Below are positions 1 to 14,826 of a DNA stretch of 64,000 nt, in pieces. Source of the DNA: the human T2T-CHM13v2.0 reference genome, Homo sapiens. The notes under the pieces are model-generated. The model did no database searches, was not told where the DNA came from, and worked only from the letters and a program-made list of their open reading frames with translations. The position numbers were made by a program, and so were the translations under genes. The DNA lies in the NCBI RefSeq assembly GCF_009914755.1, contig NC_060934.1. One strand, given 5' to 3'. Numbering within the stretch: the stretch's first letter is position 1; each line of letters opens with the position of its first letter.

Positions 1-444
1 TAAGCCTGGCAAGTGTTCATCACAATGTTAGCAGTAGTTATTACAGTATCTAAACCATATAAATTACTTCATAGTAAAAAAAGCATTTTTTAAATTTTGA
101 AATGAGATTAAATATGTGAAAATTAAATAATCTAAAATAATAAAAGCTTGATTTCATATAAAAGTCACAATCATTCAACTCAAACTCCTAAAGCAGGAAT
201 TGAACAGAAAAACAAATTTATGTTTAGAAAATCAGCTTAAAAAATTTTCCCAGAACTCAGAAAAAAAAGATTTAAAAAACCTACAATAATGATTAAAATG
301 GTAAAAGACACAGTGCATACAAGGGGAATGTAAAAAACGAATTTCAGAAGCAAACTGTGGAATTCACTGCAGAAAAGAAATAATTCAAGTGATCATAGGA
401 AAGCTCCCTAAACAGAAGCAGGAGTACTAACAGAATGCAGTGAA

Positions 445-650
445 ACATGCATACCAGGTTCAAGCAGCATGATACGCTACATGTATCACCTTGTCAACTC
501 CAAAACAAACCTTTGAGGGAGGTGCTATTATATTCATACTTTTCAAATAAAGAATCTGTACAAAGTAACTTGTTCCATATTACGCAGCAATCTTCTAGAC
601 TCCACAGACTAGGTAAATCTAGACTCTGGTCCAAAAATAATTCCATGCTC
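445..650 (-). mobile_element. MIR SINE remnant
   Basis: Degenerate MIR core (aaacctttgagggaggtgctatta...aagtaacttgttccatattacgcagc). Confidence 0.55.
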
Positions 651-724
651 TGTTGTCCATCAAGGAAGACTCAAGTTTGCAGACAGAAAGGCCTAAGTGT
701 CAGACAACATTAATGAAGAGAGCC

Positions 725-3700
725 ACTAAGACCCCTAGACCAGCAGAGCATAAGGCCACAGGAACAGGAACAGGAAGCAAAAATTATGCTAATGGATGAC
801 TAGGGGTAATGGCAACTGGTGCCACTCCCATTTCCACCCCTTGATTCTTGAATCTTGGCTATGGTAGAAACAGCATCATATATTGGATGCTGACATGGGG
901 CATGTATAATCTCCTGAAGAACATTACCCCAGCCCTGCAAGGTACTGCCACCTAGCTTTCACTGTAATTGAGTCTTCAAAAGGCCATTCATCCATTCTGT
1001 CAAGCCAGCCGCTTTGAGAGGATAAGGAATATGGTAACATAGTGGCAATGAGGCCATTGCCACAAGGTATTTGCCACAAAGTGAGTTCTTTGATTACAGC
1101 AATGCTGTATGGAATACCATGATGGTGGATAAGGCATTCTGTAGGTCCACAGATGGTAAATTGGTGGGAGCACTGTGTGCAGGGAAGGCAAATCCATACC
1201 CAGAGTTACTGTCTATTCTAGTAAGAAAAAAGCACTGCTCCATGCATTATGGAAGTGGTCCCAGTGTAATCAACCTGCCATCAGCTAGCTGGCTGATCAT
1301 CCCATGGAATAGTGCCCATCAGGTACTCAGTGTTGGTCTCTGTTGCTGGCAGATTGGACACTCAGTAGCAGCTGTAGCCAGGTCAGCCTTGGTGAGTGGA
1401 AGTCCATGTTGCTGAGCTCATACATAACCTCCATCCCTGCCATTATGGCCACTTTGTTCATGAGACCTATGGGCAATGACACAATGACAGGGGTGACTGG
1501 GGGTATAGTCTAGCTGATATTCATAGAGCATGTCACTCTATTCACCTGATTATTAAAGTCTGCCCCTGCTGAGATCAACCTTTGGTGAGCATTCACATGG
1601 GATACAAATATCTTTGTGTTTGTGCCTATCTAGCAAGATCTATTCACGTGCCTCTTCCCCAGACCTTATTGTCACCAATTTTTCCAACCATGTTCCTTCA
1701 AATTCCCTGACCATCCAGCTAAGCCATTAAACATAGCCCATGAATCAGTACACATTTATACGTCTGGCCATTTCTCCAAGCAAAAAACAAAAAAACAAAA
1801 AGCACCAAGTGCACTACCCAATGTTCTGCCCACTGGGAGTTATTTCTCTTCACCACTGTCCTTCAGAGATGTCTCAAAAAAGGGGCTGTAGTGCTATAGC
1901 TGTCCTCTTCTGGCTGGTACCTTTATATCACGCAGAACCTTCTGTAGACCAGGTCCAAGTCTTCTCTTCTTCTGTCAGCTGATCATAGGCAACTCCTCAT
2001 GAGACAACAGGTGCTGGCTGAAGAGAGCAGGTAATGTAGCAGGGGTGGGAACAGTGAGCATTTGGGCAGCTTCTTCGTGTAACTTATTTGTGCCTTCAGG
2101 ATCTGCTCAAGCCCAATGTTGTATCTACCACTTTCATTTGATGGTGGAATGCTGCTGTGTATGCCCAACTTTATGGCTTGGTGGCCCATAGTTAAGCATT
2201 CTCTACTTAGTTCTCTATGAAGCAGTCTCTACCAAGGCCCAGTAGCAGGCCAAAAGCTGTTTCTCAAAAAGAGAGTCCAGAGAGGGTGGCAGGAATTTGC
2301 TCTAAAATCCTACGTGCCTGCACTGTGATTCATCTAAAGGGGTCTGCCAAAGGTCCAAACAGCACCCTTATCTGCCAGTGACACTTCAAGCACCACTGGA
2401 TCTGCTAGATCATACAGCCCACGTGGCAGAGAGGCTTGCATGGCAGACTGATCCTGTTTCAGAGCCTTCTCTTGTTTTGGGCCCCACTCAAAACTAGCAG
2501 CTTTTCACATCACTTAGTAAATGGACCAGAGTAGCACATCAAAATAAGGAATGTTTCCTCCAAAACGCCCTGGTTCACTAGCCATTGTGCCTCTTTTTTG
2601 CTTGTAGGAAGAGCCAGATACAATTTATCCTTCACCTTATGATTATCTCCACATGTCCCACAACACTGGACCTCTAGAAATTTCACTGAAGTAGAAGGCC
2701 ACTGAATTTTTGTTGGATATATCTCCTACCCTCTGACAGACAAATAAGACTAAAGCATTTGCTACTTCTTGTTCACTAGATCCAATCAGCACAATGTCAT
2801 CAATGTAATAAACCTCTGTAATATCCTGTGGAAGGGAAAGGTGATTGAGATCCCTGAGAACTAAATTACAACATAGGGCTGAAGAGTTAATACACCTCTG
2901 AGGTAGGACAGTGAGGGTGTATTGTTGGCCCTGCCAGCTGAAAGTAAACTACTTTTGGTGTTCTTGATTAATAGGTATAGAGAAAAAAGCATTTCCCAGA
3001 TCAATAGCTACATAGCAGGTATGAAGAGATGTGCTGATTTTCTAAGGCAATGAAACTATATCTGGTATAGCAGCTGCAACTAGAGTCACCATCTGAGGAA
3101 GCTTACAATAATCCACTGTCATTCTCCAAATTCCATCTCTTTTTTGTGTAGGTCAAATAGGTGAGTTGAATGGGATGTGATAGATATCAACATCACTTCA
3201 TCCTTAAAGTCCTTGATGGAGGCATTAATATCAGCAATCTCTTCAGGAATGCAGTATTGCTTTTGCTTTTTTACTATTTTCCTAGGTAGAATCAGTTCTA
3301 CTGGCTTCCACTGGCCCTTTCCTGCCATAATATTCCTCACTCCACAGGTCAGAGAAGCAATGTGGGGATTCTACCAGTTTCTGAGTATGTTTATTCCAAT
3401 TATTCATTCCAGGGCTTGGAAAATAATCACAAGATGGTTTTAGGGACCTACTGAGTCCACTGTGAAATGAACTTGAACTAAAGCTCCATTGACTATCTGA
3501 CCTCCATAAGCCCCTGCTTTGATTTGTAGACCACAGTGATGTTTTGGGTCTCCTGGAATTGGTGTCAGTTCAGAGCCAGTGTCCAGTAGTTTCTGAAAGT
3601 TCTGACTATTTTCTTTTTCCAAATGTACAGTCACCCTGGCAAAAGGCTATAGATCCCTTTGGAGAAGGCTGAAAGATTAACAGTATACATTTTTAGCAGT

Positions 3701-5400
3701 GTGCCAGGGTCCTCCCTTTCATTCAAGGTGTTCTCTGTGTGTAAACTGGCTCAAGTCTGGGAAGTTATTGACTGGTTGTGATTCTCTGTTCCTATGGTTC
3801 AGGTTAGAATTTTGCTCACTTGACCTAGAACTCTTCTGCTTACACCTATCAAGGAAGAATTTAGTAGACGTCCCATCTAGTTCACTTCTAGGAACACCAT
3901 GATCAACTAATCAACACCACAGGTCTCTACAGGTCAGACTGTTCTGATTGCTGCTTTGACTCTGCTATTACCACACCATGCTCACCTTGCCTTTGGCTAT
4001 CAAGTGCCACCACCTGGCCCTTATCTCTCTGGGATCCAATTATACCCACTGCATTCAGGTTTCCCAACTCAGTGGCAGCAATTTCCACTGCAATATCTGA
4101 ACTACAGAGAAGAACAATCACAGTATTCTTCAAGGATTCTGGGACTCGCCTCACAAATATATTTCTCACAGTTATGAGAAAAGTACATCCTCTGGACCTC
4201 CTGGGGTGGGTTGGCAGGTCTTAAATGATAAACCTAATCTAATATTCCAATCTCCCTAATCCTTTGGATCACAGTATATAGTATATCGAGGCAGTTCTGG
4301 CATTTTATCTTCATTTAGACTGGGCCACCTTTTGGTCCATTTAATACAACCAACCAAATAAACTGTAAGAGCTCTTTCTAACTCCCTAATCCACATATTA
4401 AGTCCAGAATCTCTTCTTTGTGGTCCCATTTCAATAAATTCAGCCTGATCAAACACTAAGTTCCTTCCACCATTGTCCCACACCCTTAAAATCCCTCCCC
4501 ACAAATATTTCCCAGATTTCTGTCAGTATAAATTGGAAAAATCATGTAGCTCTTTTGTAGCGTAACATACCTCCCCATGGGTCACACTTTGTACCTTACC
4601 TTTAAGGGCCTGCTGGGACTTGAGTCTAGTTATAGGTCTAGAAGCAATGAAGGATGGTGGCTGTGAGTCTTGAGAAGAATCAGCAATGTCTTGCAAGGCA
4701 ACAAACTCAGGGGAGGTAATAAAAGTTTCCTCAGGTAAAGTAGCATCAATCTCCTCAGATGGGGGTGGCATGGCTGCTTTTACTGGCAAGGAAGACTCAT
4801 CAGGGTCAAGGGGTTCGATACACCCAGCTTTATAAGGCTCTTCACATATGTCTGCACTCCAGTTTTCAAGATCCCATTCCTTCTCAGTTAATGCCCTCAT
4901 TTTAACAGCAGACACCCTAAAAGGGTGGGGATTCAATTTGCACTGTAATTCAGCCATTTTCAGGATGAGATTTTGGGTTTGGTTTTCAATAATCTCAGCT
5001 TTGTTGTTATAAAATATAAGAGTTTCTTTCAGGGCAGAAAGAGAAACTTTTGGGTTATTCATGCGGCACTTGAGCTGGGAAATTTAATCCCTAAGATCAT
5101 CCTTTCCTTCTCTACATTAGGAGTAACTAGCCAATCTCATTGTTCTCATGAGAACTCAAAAATGTTCTAAGGTATCAAATACAGATGCCCAGAACCTTGC
5201 TTCTTGTAAATGTCTGAATAGGATTACCTAATGGCAATACTTTGCATATCTCTACTGTCACATTACACTATGAATTATTAATACTCTATTCACTACTGAA
5301 AAGTCATTAATGCCTTTACATCTTATCAGATTAGGGAAGTAATTCATAAAACTCATCCTTAAAATTCTGTTCCTCTAGAATTGCTCTCAGTACCAAATTC
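725..5400 (-). mobile_element. ERVL (HERV-L-like) internal region: decayed gag-pro-pol, 3'-truncated before the dUTPase
   Basis: Gag-like ORF fragments at 4523-5062, 4256-4504 and 3927-4169; protease LLDTGSELT in ORF 3440-3634; RT YIDD at 2807-2796 and VLPQRCINS near 2900; RNase H-like WSTEGSA near 1945; many stops and frameshifts. Confidence 0.9.
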
Positions 5401-5820
5401 TGTTACTCTAGATTCTCTAGATAAATAGAATCAATAGGCTGTATATATACAGTGAGAAAGATTTATTTTAAAGAACTGACTCATGATTGTGGGGACTGGC
5501 AAGTCAATATCTGCAGGGCAGGCCAGCAGGTTAGACCCCAGGGAAAAGTTGACATTGTAGTCTTGAGTGCAAAGGCAGTCTGGAGGTAGAATTCCTTCTT
5601 CCTCTGGAAATTTTAGCGTTTTTTTCTTAATGACTTCAACTGACTGAATAAGGCCCACTCTCGTTATGGAGGCTAATCAGCTTTACTCAAAGTCTGCTAA
5701 TCTAAATGTTAATTACATCTTTTAAAAAATACCTTCACACCAACATCCAGACTAATATTTGACCAAATAGCTGAGTATCATAGCCTAGCCTAGTTGACAC
5801 ATGAAATTAACCATTAAACA
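5401..5820 (-). mobile_element. MLT2-family LTR (MLT2D-like), 5' LTR of the ERVL
   Basis: Minus strand begins tgtttaatggttaatttcatgtgtcaactaggc and is followed by the ERVL internal start gaatttggtactgagagcaattctagaggaacag. Confidence 0.85.
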
Positions 5821-6542
5821 AGCTAAAAATTTTAGTAGATGATTTGAAGGAGGAAATTTTTTAAAAACTTATATTAGTTTCCTATAAAACCAAGTGAAAG
5901 AAAAAAATAAGAATAAAAATGAGAGAGAGAGAGAGATAGAGAAAGTACTTGCAAAACTACAGAGGTAAAAGAAGTAACGAGAAAAGGTTTTATAAGATAG
6001 AACCAAGAGGCAACCCTAAAATTCATAGAAACTAAAAAAAAAAAAAAAAAAAAAGACAAGAGTACACTGAAGAGTAGAAATTACAACTAAAGGAAGATCA
6101 ATTAAAGGGTTTATTTGTCTAGGTAAGAATGATGGAAATGAAGCATACCTGGTAACATTATTTAATTCCAGGAAAATAGTTAAAGATTTTGAAATAAAAG
6201 AGCATATTTCTCATGAAGAAAAGGAGTCAGATGGCCATTACAGTTCTCATCTAAAACACTGGAAGGAAGAGGACAGTGAAGTAACACTCAGGGAAAAAAA
6301 ATGAGAAAAAAAAGAACTAAAACCCAAGATTCCTAAAACCAACAAGGATATTCGTTTATCAGGATAAAAAAAAAAAAAAAAAAGTAGAGCTTGAGACTGC
6401 ATCAACTACTTATACCCATCTCCAATCAAACAATTAATTCATCAGAACAGTGATTTCAAATTAAGGGAAAAGGGAAAGAAAATGAAGTAATAGCAACAAA
6501 TACTACAAAACATAGTTTCATATCTATAAGAAGAATGACGAG

Positions 6543-7370
<828 letters not shown>

Positions 7371-7780
7371 TACTACTATTATTATTAGTGGGTGGTAGTA
7401 GCAGAAACAAACATAGAGCAACCTCAAGAAGTACAGAAAGAAGCTTGTTAAATCTCTGCCTTGAAGAGCTTGTTTTCCCATCTATCTATATTATAATGCT
7501 GAAGTGTATGAAAATTTTTTAAAAGTGTAATATACCTTTTGCACTCACAAACCACCTTTTTAACAGTTTATGGAGGTAAAACTGTCATACATGTGCACCC
7601 ATGAGACCACCACCACAATAAAGATAATTAAACATCTCCATCAGTGCAAAACTATCCTCATGCCTCTTTATAATCTATCCTTCTTGCTCTCATCTTGCCC
7701 CAAGGCAACCACTGAGACGTTCTGTCAATACAAATTAGTTTAAATTTTCTAACATTTTATATATGTGGAAGCATACAGTA

Positions 7781-10046
7781 TATTAGTTTTCTAGGTTTGA
7801 AATTTATTTTCACATTCTGGAGGCTGGAAGTCCAGTATTGTTATGGTTTGGATGTTTGTCCTCTCCAAACCTTATGTTGAAAACTGATCCCCAACATTGG
7901 AAGTGGGGCCTAATGGGAGGTTTTGAGTCATGGAGACAAATCACTCATGAATAGATTGATGCCCTTCCTCAGGGTTGAGTGAGTTCTCACTCTATTCACT
8001 GCTGCAAAAACCGATTATTAAAAAGGACCAGGCACCTCTCTCTCTCCCTCTTGTGTCCTCTTTCACCATGTAATCTCTGCACATGCTGATTCCACTTCAC
8101 CTTCTACCATGAGTGGAAGTAGCCTGAAGCCCTCACTAGAGGCCCAATCTTGAACCTTCCAGCCAGCAGAACTGGGAATTAAATAAACCTCTTTTATTTA
8201 TAAATTAACCAGCCCCAAGTATTCCTTTATAGCAATACAAAATGGAATAAGACAGAAAATTGGTACTGAGAATTGGGGTGTTGCTATAAAGATACCTGAA
8301 AATGTGGAAGCAGTTTTGGAACTGGGCGATGAGCGGAGGTTGGAAGTGTGTGGAAGGCTCAGAAAAAGACAATAATATGAGAGAGTGTCTGGAAAAAGTG
8401 CCCAAAGGCACTTCAGAAATATTTGGGGCCACCCCTTCCCTAATAGGCCCAAGGCCTTCTGGGGACAGACCTGGAGCACCACTGCCCTTGGCCACCTCAG
8501 GATGCTGCTCCCCACATCCTGGCTGCTCTGGCTCCAGCAGTGGGTCAAATGGCCCCAGGTAGGGTTTGGGCCACTGCTCCTGAGGGGCTAAGTGGTACGC
8601 CTTGGTGGCATTCATGTGGTGTTAAGTCTGCAGGCATCCAGAATGCAAGGGACATGGAGGCTTGGCAGCTTTAACCTAAATTTCAGAGAATATATTAAAA
8701 AGCCTGGGAAAGCAGGCAGATGCCTATTGCAGGAGTGGAGCCACCAAAGAGAGCCCCTACCAAGGCAATCTTTAGTGGAAATGTTGGGTTGGAGTTTCCT
8801 TAGAGTCCCCACCAGGGCAACTCTTAGTGGACCCACAAAGGTGTTGGAACCCCACAATAGTAGAGCTATCCACAGCATTCCACCTCAGCCTGAAAAAGCT
8901 GCAGCATTATTACAACCCATGGAAGCAGCCAGTGGTCTACGCCCAGCAAAGCTATGGGGGAAGGGCTACTCAAGGCCTTGGGAGCCCACCCCACACACCA
9001 CTGTGACCAATATGTAGGAGATAGAGTCAAAGGAGATTATTTTGGAGCTTTAAGATTTAAAGTGTGCCCTGCTGTGTTTTGGACTTGCATGGGGCCTATT
9101 ATCCCTTTCTTTTGACCAATTTTTCCTTTTTGGAATGGAAACATTTACCCAGTGCCTGTACCACCATTGTACCTTGGAGGTAAATAATCTCTTTTTTGAT
9201 TTTACAGGCTTACAACTGGAAAGAACTTACTTTGAGTCTCAGATGTGACTTTGAACTTTTAAGTTGGTGCTGAAACAAGTTGACTTTTAGGGACTATTGG
9301 GAAGGAATAATTGTATTTTGCAATGTGGTAAGAACATAAGTTTTAAAGGGCCGGGGGCAAAATGCTATGATTTAGATGTTTGGCCCTTCTAAACCTCATG
9401 TTGAAACTTGATTCCCAATGTTGGAAGTGGAGCCTAATGGGAGGTGTTTGAGTCACAAGGGCACATCCCTCATTAATAGATTAATGGCAGGAGTGAGCTC
9501 TCACTCTATTCGTTCTGCAAGAGCCTGGTACCTCCCCATTTCTCTCCTGCTTCCTCTCTCACCATGTGATCTCTGCATATGCTGGTTTTACTTCACTTTC
9601 CACCATGAGTGGAAGCAGCCCATAGCCCTCACCAGATGCCCACTCTTGAACCTTCCGGTCTGCAGAACTATGAGCTAACTAAATCCCTTTCCTTCATAAA
9701 TTATTCCTCTATAGCAACACAAAGAAACTAAGACAAAGATCAAGGTGGCAGCAGGCTTGGTTTTTCCTGAGGCCTCTCTCCTTGGCCTGCCAATGGCTGC
9801 CTTCTTGCTGTGTCTTCACATGGACCTTTCTCTGTGCCTTTGGATCCCTGATGTCTCTTGTGTGTCCCAATTTCTTCTTTATATAAGGACATCTGATGGA
9901 TTGGATTGGGCACACTCTAAGAACCTCATTTTATATTAATTACTACTTTAAAGGCCCTATCTCCAAATCAGGTCACATTCTGAGGTACAAAGGGTTGGAA
10001 CTTCAACATACAAATTTTGGGAGAATTTAATTTGGCTCATAACACA
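7781..10046 (-). mobile_element. MLT1 (MaLR) LTR split by the MST element (pieces 7781-7837 and 9736-10046)
   Basis: ttctggaggctggaagtcc joins aagatcaaggtggcagcagg across the MST; cagta is repeated on both sides. Confidence 0.75.
7839..9735 (+). mobile_element. MST (MaLR) element with two LTRs (7839-8254, 9363-9735) and internal region
   Basis: Both LTRs start tg(t/c)tatg(g/a)ttt and end ...taagaca; internal region starts gaaaattggtactgag...gctataaagatacctgaaaatgtggaagc. Confidence 0.88.
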
Positions 10047-11250
10047 CAGTATATACTCTTTTGACTGGCTTATTTCACTGAGTAAAATTATTTTAAGATT
10101 CATTCATGTTGTTCAATGCATTGTTAGTCATTTTTTATTGCCTAGTTGCATTCTATTATGTAGACATACCACAATTTGTTTATTCACTCTTCCGTTGATG
10201 GGCATTTGCACTGTTTCCAGTTTTTGGCTATTATAAGTAAATCTGATATGAACATTAGTATATAAGTCTTTATGCAGACATATGCTTTAATTTCTCTTAG
10301 GTAAAACATATGAATAGAACTGCTAAATCATATGGTAGGTACATGTTTAACTTTATTAGAAACAAATTCCATTTCATTGCAGTGAGTGTAAAATGGTATC
10401 TCATTATGGTTTTAATTTGCATTTTCCTAATGATTTACAATGGTGAATATCATTTCATGCAATTATTTGCCATCCTTATATCTTCCTTGAGAAGTGTCTG
10501 CTCAAATTTTTTGCTCATTTAGTGTTGGGTTATTTGTCCTCTTCTTGATTTGTAGTAATTATAGATTATAAATATAAGTTTTTGTGAGATAAATGTTTTG
10601 CCTGTATTTTTCTTCTAGCCTGTTGCTTTCCTTTTTGGTTTTATAATAATATGCTTTGAAGAGCAGGGTTTTTTTTTTAATTTGATGAAGTCCAATTTAT
10701 TTTTTTTCTTTTACAATTTGAGGGTTTTGTGTCCTATTTAGGAAAAATTTGCCAAAGCCAAGGGCAGTAACGTTTTCTCCTAGGGTTTCTTTCAGAAGTT
10801 TTATGTTTTTAACTCTAATGATAGGTCTATAATCTATTTTGAGTTAATTTTTATATAAGTTGTGAGGTAAGAATCAAAGTTCATTTTTGGTACATGAATA
10901 TGCAACTGTCCAGATGATTTGTTGAAAGATTATCCCTTCCTTATTGTCTTGCATTAAATTTAGATATTATCATCTTCTCTGTTCTTCTCACATGATCATA
11001 CAGAACACTCAATGAGAAATATATAAGCATGCTCTGAAAAGTGAGAAGCTAACAGAAACCTAAGTCACTACCTTTATTAGTTCTGAATAGGTCCCTGATA
11101 GATAAGTAACAGAAAAAATATTAGGCCAGGAGTTGGGGAACCTGTGTGACTCGCTCTTTTATTAGCCTTCAAACTGCTTTGTAAGTTGTGAAATGGTAAA
11201 GAAATGGAAGATATTGTCTTTATACCTAAAAATTCCTATACTACATAATA

Positions 11251-12625
11251 AAGGCCATTCTTGCTTGGCATGATGGTACAGGGCCATAAATATGACCATG
11301 CAAGTTGAAACCATGCGAAAGGACCTTTGTTGTTGTTGTTGTTGTTGAGACGGAGTCTTGCTCTGTCGCCCGGGGCTGGAGTGCAGTGGCGCTATCTCAG
11401 CTCGGCTCACTGCAAGCTCTGCCTCCTGAGTTCACGCCATTCTCCTGCCTCAGCCTCCTGAGTAGCTGGGACTACAGGGGCCTCCACCACGCCCAGCTAA
11501 TTTTTTTGTATTTTTAGTAGAGACAGGGTTTCACCGTGTTAGCCAGGATGGTCTTGATCTCCTGACCTCCTGATCTGCCCGCCTCGGCCTCCCAAAGTGC
11601 TGGGATTACAGGCATGAGCCACCGCGCCCAGTCACAAAAGGATCTTAGTAATCAATAGGAAATATTATTCTTGTTTCATGGCTCTTAACATTTTTTGTGA
11701 AATCATTAAAAACTCACTTATTGCTGGCTATACATATATAGAGAAGCAAAAAATAGCAAGACTAATATTTAGAACATTGTAATTTAAAACATTAGAAATA
11801 TTGGGAATTAAAGCATTTAATTTGTTAAAAAAAAAAAAAAAAAACTTACCCAGAGTAGTTTGAACAGTGTTTGCCTCTTCTTTTTGTTGTATAACTTACA
11901 ATACAGAGTGAGCATTTTTTCTATGTCTAGGCTAACTTCCAAGTCTGGATCAGTTTCCACCTTTTATCCTTGGCACTTATATTGTTGTGAAATAGCTCCA
12001 AAGTTTCTTTAATGTCAAGTTTTCTACCATCATTGCTTCCCCTAGGTTGCCTTTATCCTTTTCCTCACAAGCACTTTGGTCATTCATGTCGGTAAGTTCC
12101 CCTTCCACAGGTGCCTTAGGCTGCAGCTCTAGGGTCTTTTGAGCAGTAGCAGTATCAGCATGTCCCTGGTCAGCTAGTTCTTCTATAACTCCATTCAAAT
12201 TTCATTTCCAACATTATCACTTTTTATCCCTTTATTGCAGTTTCATCTCTCTCAGCCAAATCTCTCTCTTGATTATACATTTTGGTAAAAGGTCATAGGG
12301 GTTTACCATTGAGAGACAAGGAGACAATACAATCACATGCTTTGCTGTGTGTGAACTGAATAAGAGGCTCACAGTTACCTATCACTGACATATTTTGAAA
12401 GAAGTAACATTTATTAGTCACTGGTCATGATGCACATCTGTTATTTACATAGGGACTTGTGGACTAAAGTGCCAGCAAAGATGCTTACTACTTTAGGCAA
12501 TTACTTGCAGTGAATATATTGTGGTAACTAAAATGTGAATTGTACTGTGGGACTGGTGTTATTTAGCTAAACACAGTAACTGATATTTGAGCATATTGGG
12601 GCCATGCAAAGTGAAGGTTCCCTAT
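11251..12625 (-). mobile_element. TcMar-Tigger family DNA transposon relic with an Alu inserted
   Basis: Degenerate terminal inverted repeats (cttgcttggcatg / catgcaaagtgaag); ORF 11977-12198 resembles a Tigger transposase acidic C-terminus. Confidence 0.7.
11327..11633 (-). mobile_element. Alu (AluY-like) with (TTG)n tail
   Basis: Diagnostic cactgcaagctc, ttcacgccattctcc and accgtgttagccaggatggtc; approximate TSD aaagga(c/t)ctt. Confidence 0.93.
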
Positions 12626-14735
12626 ATTTGCAGTGTTCAAAGGTGTGTGAATTCATCTATTTAGTGTTCTCAGCATTTGAAGACGACAAATAAATTACTT
12701 CTTTAGCTTTCTTAATATGAGTCTTCAGGAACCTTTTCTATAAAGTCAAGAAATGTGTGATTAAAAAAACCACAGAGCTTTCTATGATGGCCACTTAAGT
12801 TGGCTGAGTTTCAGATTAGATTACACTGCGTTATGAGGTAGATATACCAATGGGCCTTTAAAAAGAATATGGTTGAATTATAGTTTCTTTTCTTTTATGA
12901 AAAGCCAAAAGTTTTACATAACTTCCCTTACTTTAATGATTTAACATTATTTTTATTATCTTTGAATTTCTTAGTTGTAACTCTTTTGATATCCAGAATA
13001 AAAACTTCAAGTCAGATCAAATATTATGTGTACCTTCTATTGTAAAATGAGCTTCTTACAATCCCGAGAGGCTAATTTTTAAGGCATGTTTGCTTTTAGT
13101 CTCCTTGAGGGCAAACTGCACATGCAGAAATAGAAATTATAAAATTTGGACCTTTGACATTTTGGAGAAGCAACAAATTATTAGTATTATTTATTAAAAT
13201 GTCTAATCATGGTTCATTATTCTGATTTCAGAAGTATTCATCAATGCACTTCTCCACACTCTCCCCACAGAAGATAACAGAATAGCTTATTTTAACCATG
13301 TTGGATATGTACTTGTTTTTTATCATCATAAAGTTAGTTTCAATTCTAATAAACCAACTAAACATGAAGGTATTTATCTAGTGACCGCAGTCACTGTGTT
13401 CCACTCTGGTTTTTATAATAACTATCTCAAGTCTAGTAGGAGAAACAAAAGTGAAAATAATTAAAATATGGTTTGGTAGAAGGGGAGAGTGGTTACAAGA
13501 TGCTGTGAGACTACTGGAAAAACACCAAACCTAGCTTTGAGGAAAATAAGAAAAGCCTATTGGAGCTGGTTAAGAAAGATAGCAGGAACTGCCTCAGCAA
13601 AGAAGGGATGAGTAGTTCTTTCAAGAACTGCAGGTTAAGAGGCATAAAAACCAACAAATAAGAAAAGAATTATGAATTCTAGATACCAAAAGAAGTTTTG
13701 TGGGAGAGCTAAGGCTAGAGAGGCAAACAGGTGAAATTCTTAGGCCATGTTAAACAACTGTACCATGATAGTAACAAAGAGCCAAGAAAGAGCTTTAAAA
13801 GAAGAGCTACATGTTCTGACTTGCATTTTAAGAAAATCTCAGTAGCTTTTGTGAATGATCAGAAAGGGAGGCAGTAAAGAAGAACGTAACCAGCTGAGAG
13901 GTAAAATGGGCTCAGTCTAAGTCAGCAGCAGTGGGAACTGAGAGATGGGGGAGGACCCCAGAGGTATTATGGAGGTAGAATCAACTGACTCCCTGTTTTC
14001 TGGTTTGAACTTGGTGATTACATAAGATATAGAATATAAGAAGAGGGTCAAGTTGGAGGAAGTAAAATAGTAAATTTAGTTTTGAAAAACTTTGACTTTG
14101 AAAGGAATGTGAGTTATGGATTGAGATATCCTGCCTAAGATTAAAATTGCATTGCTGTGTTTTGATTCTGCTCTTTGAATGGCCTGAGATGGATAACTCC
14201 TAAGAGTAACTGAGTGAGGAGGACAGAAGGTGCCACTACTCTCCCATCCAACACAGGGAAGCAATGTTAAGGCTCTGTGGAGACAATCAAAAGGCAGCCT
14301 CCTGTTGGAGAGCAGATTAACAGCTTTATTGTCCAGGATGAAGGATGCAAATAGCTCTTTTTTCGCGTGTCTAAACAAAATAGCCAGAGAAGGTGGTTAA
14401 GGCTTCGGGTACCAAAAGTGGTGTATGACTCAGACTATTGGATTTTATGTTTTGGAAGGCTCATGCTCTGAGAAGCAGCAATATATGAGAACAAGGCTGA
14501 AGGACTGCTGTAAAGGACCCTGTAACAGTGGCTGAAGGATGTACCAGAAAACAGAGGACCTGACTCTCTCATATGTAGCACATATCTTAGAATATGCCCA
14601 GATCACCCAGTGCTATGTACCAGAACCCTTTATCATGGTCACAGGCCAAAATGTCTCATACAAAAAGCCATACAGTGCCCTTTGCACTTTTTCTAAATGT
14701 AAACAGGAAAATAATCAAAACTATTTTTAGCTTAC

Positions 14736-14826
14736 ATGGAAGAATATCTCGGTATCTGTTTTTTTCTCTGTTGCTTGGTTGATTCCCAGAGTTGAACTCA
14801 CCAGGCAGATTCTTAAGTTCTAAAGC
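14736..14826 (-). CDS. PTPN20: PTPN20 CE6, 91 nt, ALELKNLPGEFNSGNQPSNREKNRYRDILP(Y), start of the classical PTP domain
   Basis: Contains NxxKNRYxDILP (phosphotyrosine-recognition loop of classical PTPs); acceptor tttttaaccttttaaag|GCT, donor CAT|gtaagc; phase 0 to 1. Confidence 0.96.

Larger units (their letters stand above)
7555..10950 (-). mobile_element. Old L1 (L1M) 3' region, interrupted by MLT1 and MST
   Basis: T-rich antisense L1 3' sequence at 7555-7780 resumes collinearly near 10047. Confidence 0.75.

Noticed and set aside
4523-5062. 179-aa ORF as a domesticated gag gene (Fv1-like)
   Set aside because: It is one of several short frames in a gag broken by stops and frameshifts; nothing in the sequence indicates selective preservation.
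8198-9017. Cluster of overlapping 70-140-aa ORFs
   Set aside because: All lie within the GC-richer MST internal sequence; no recognisable protein.
11162-11410. Poly-Q ORF
   Set aside because: Artefact of the (TTG)n Alu tail.
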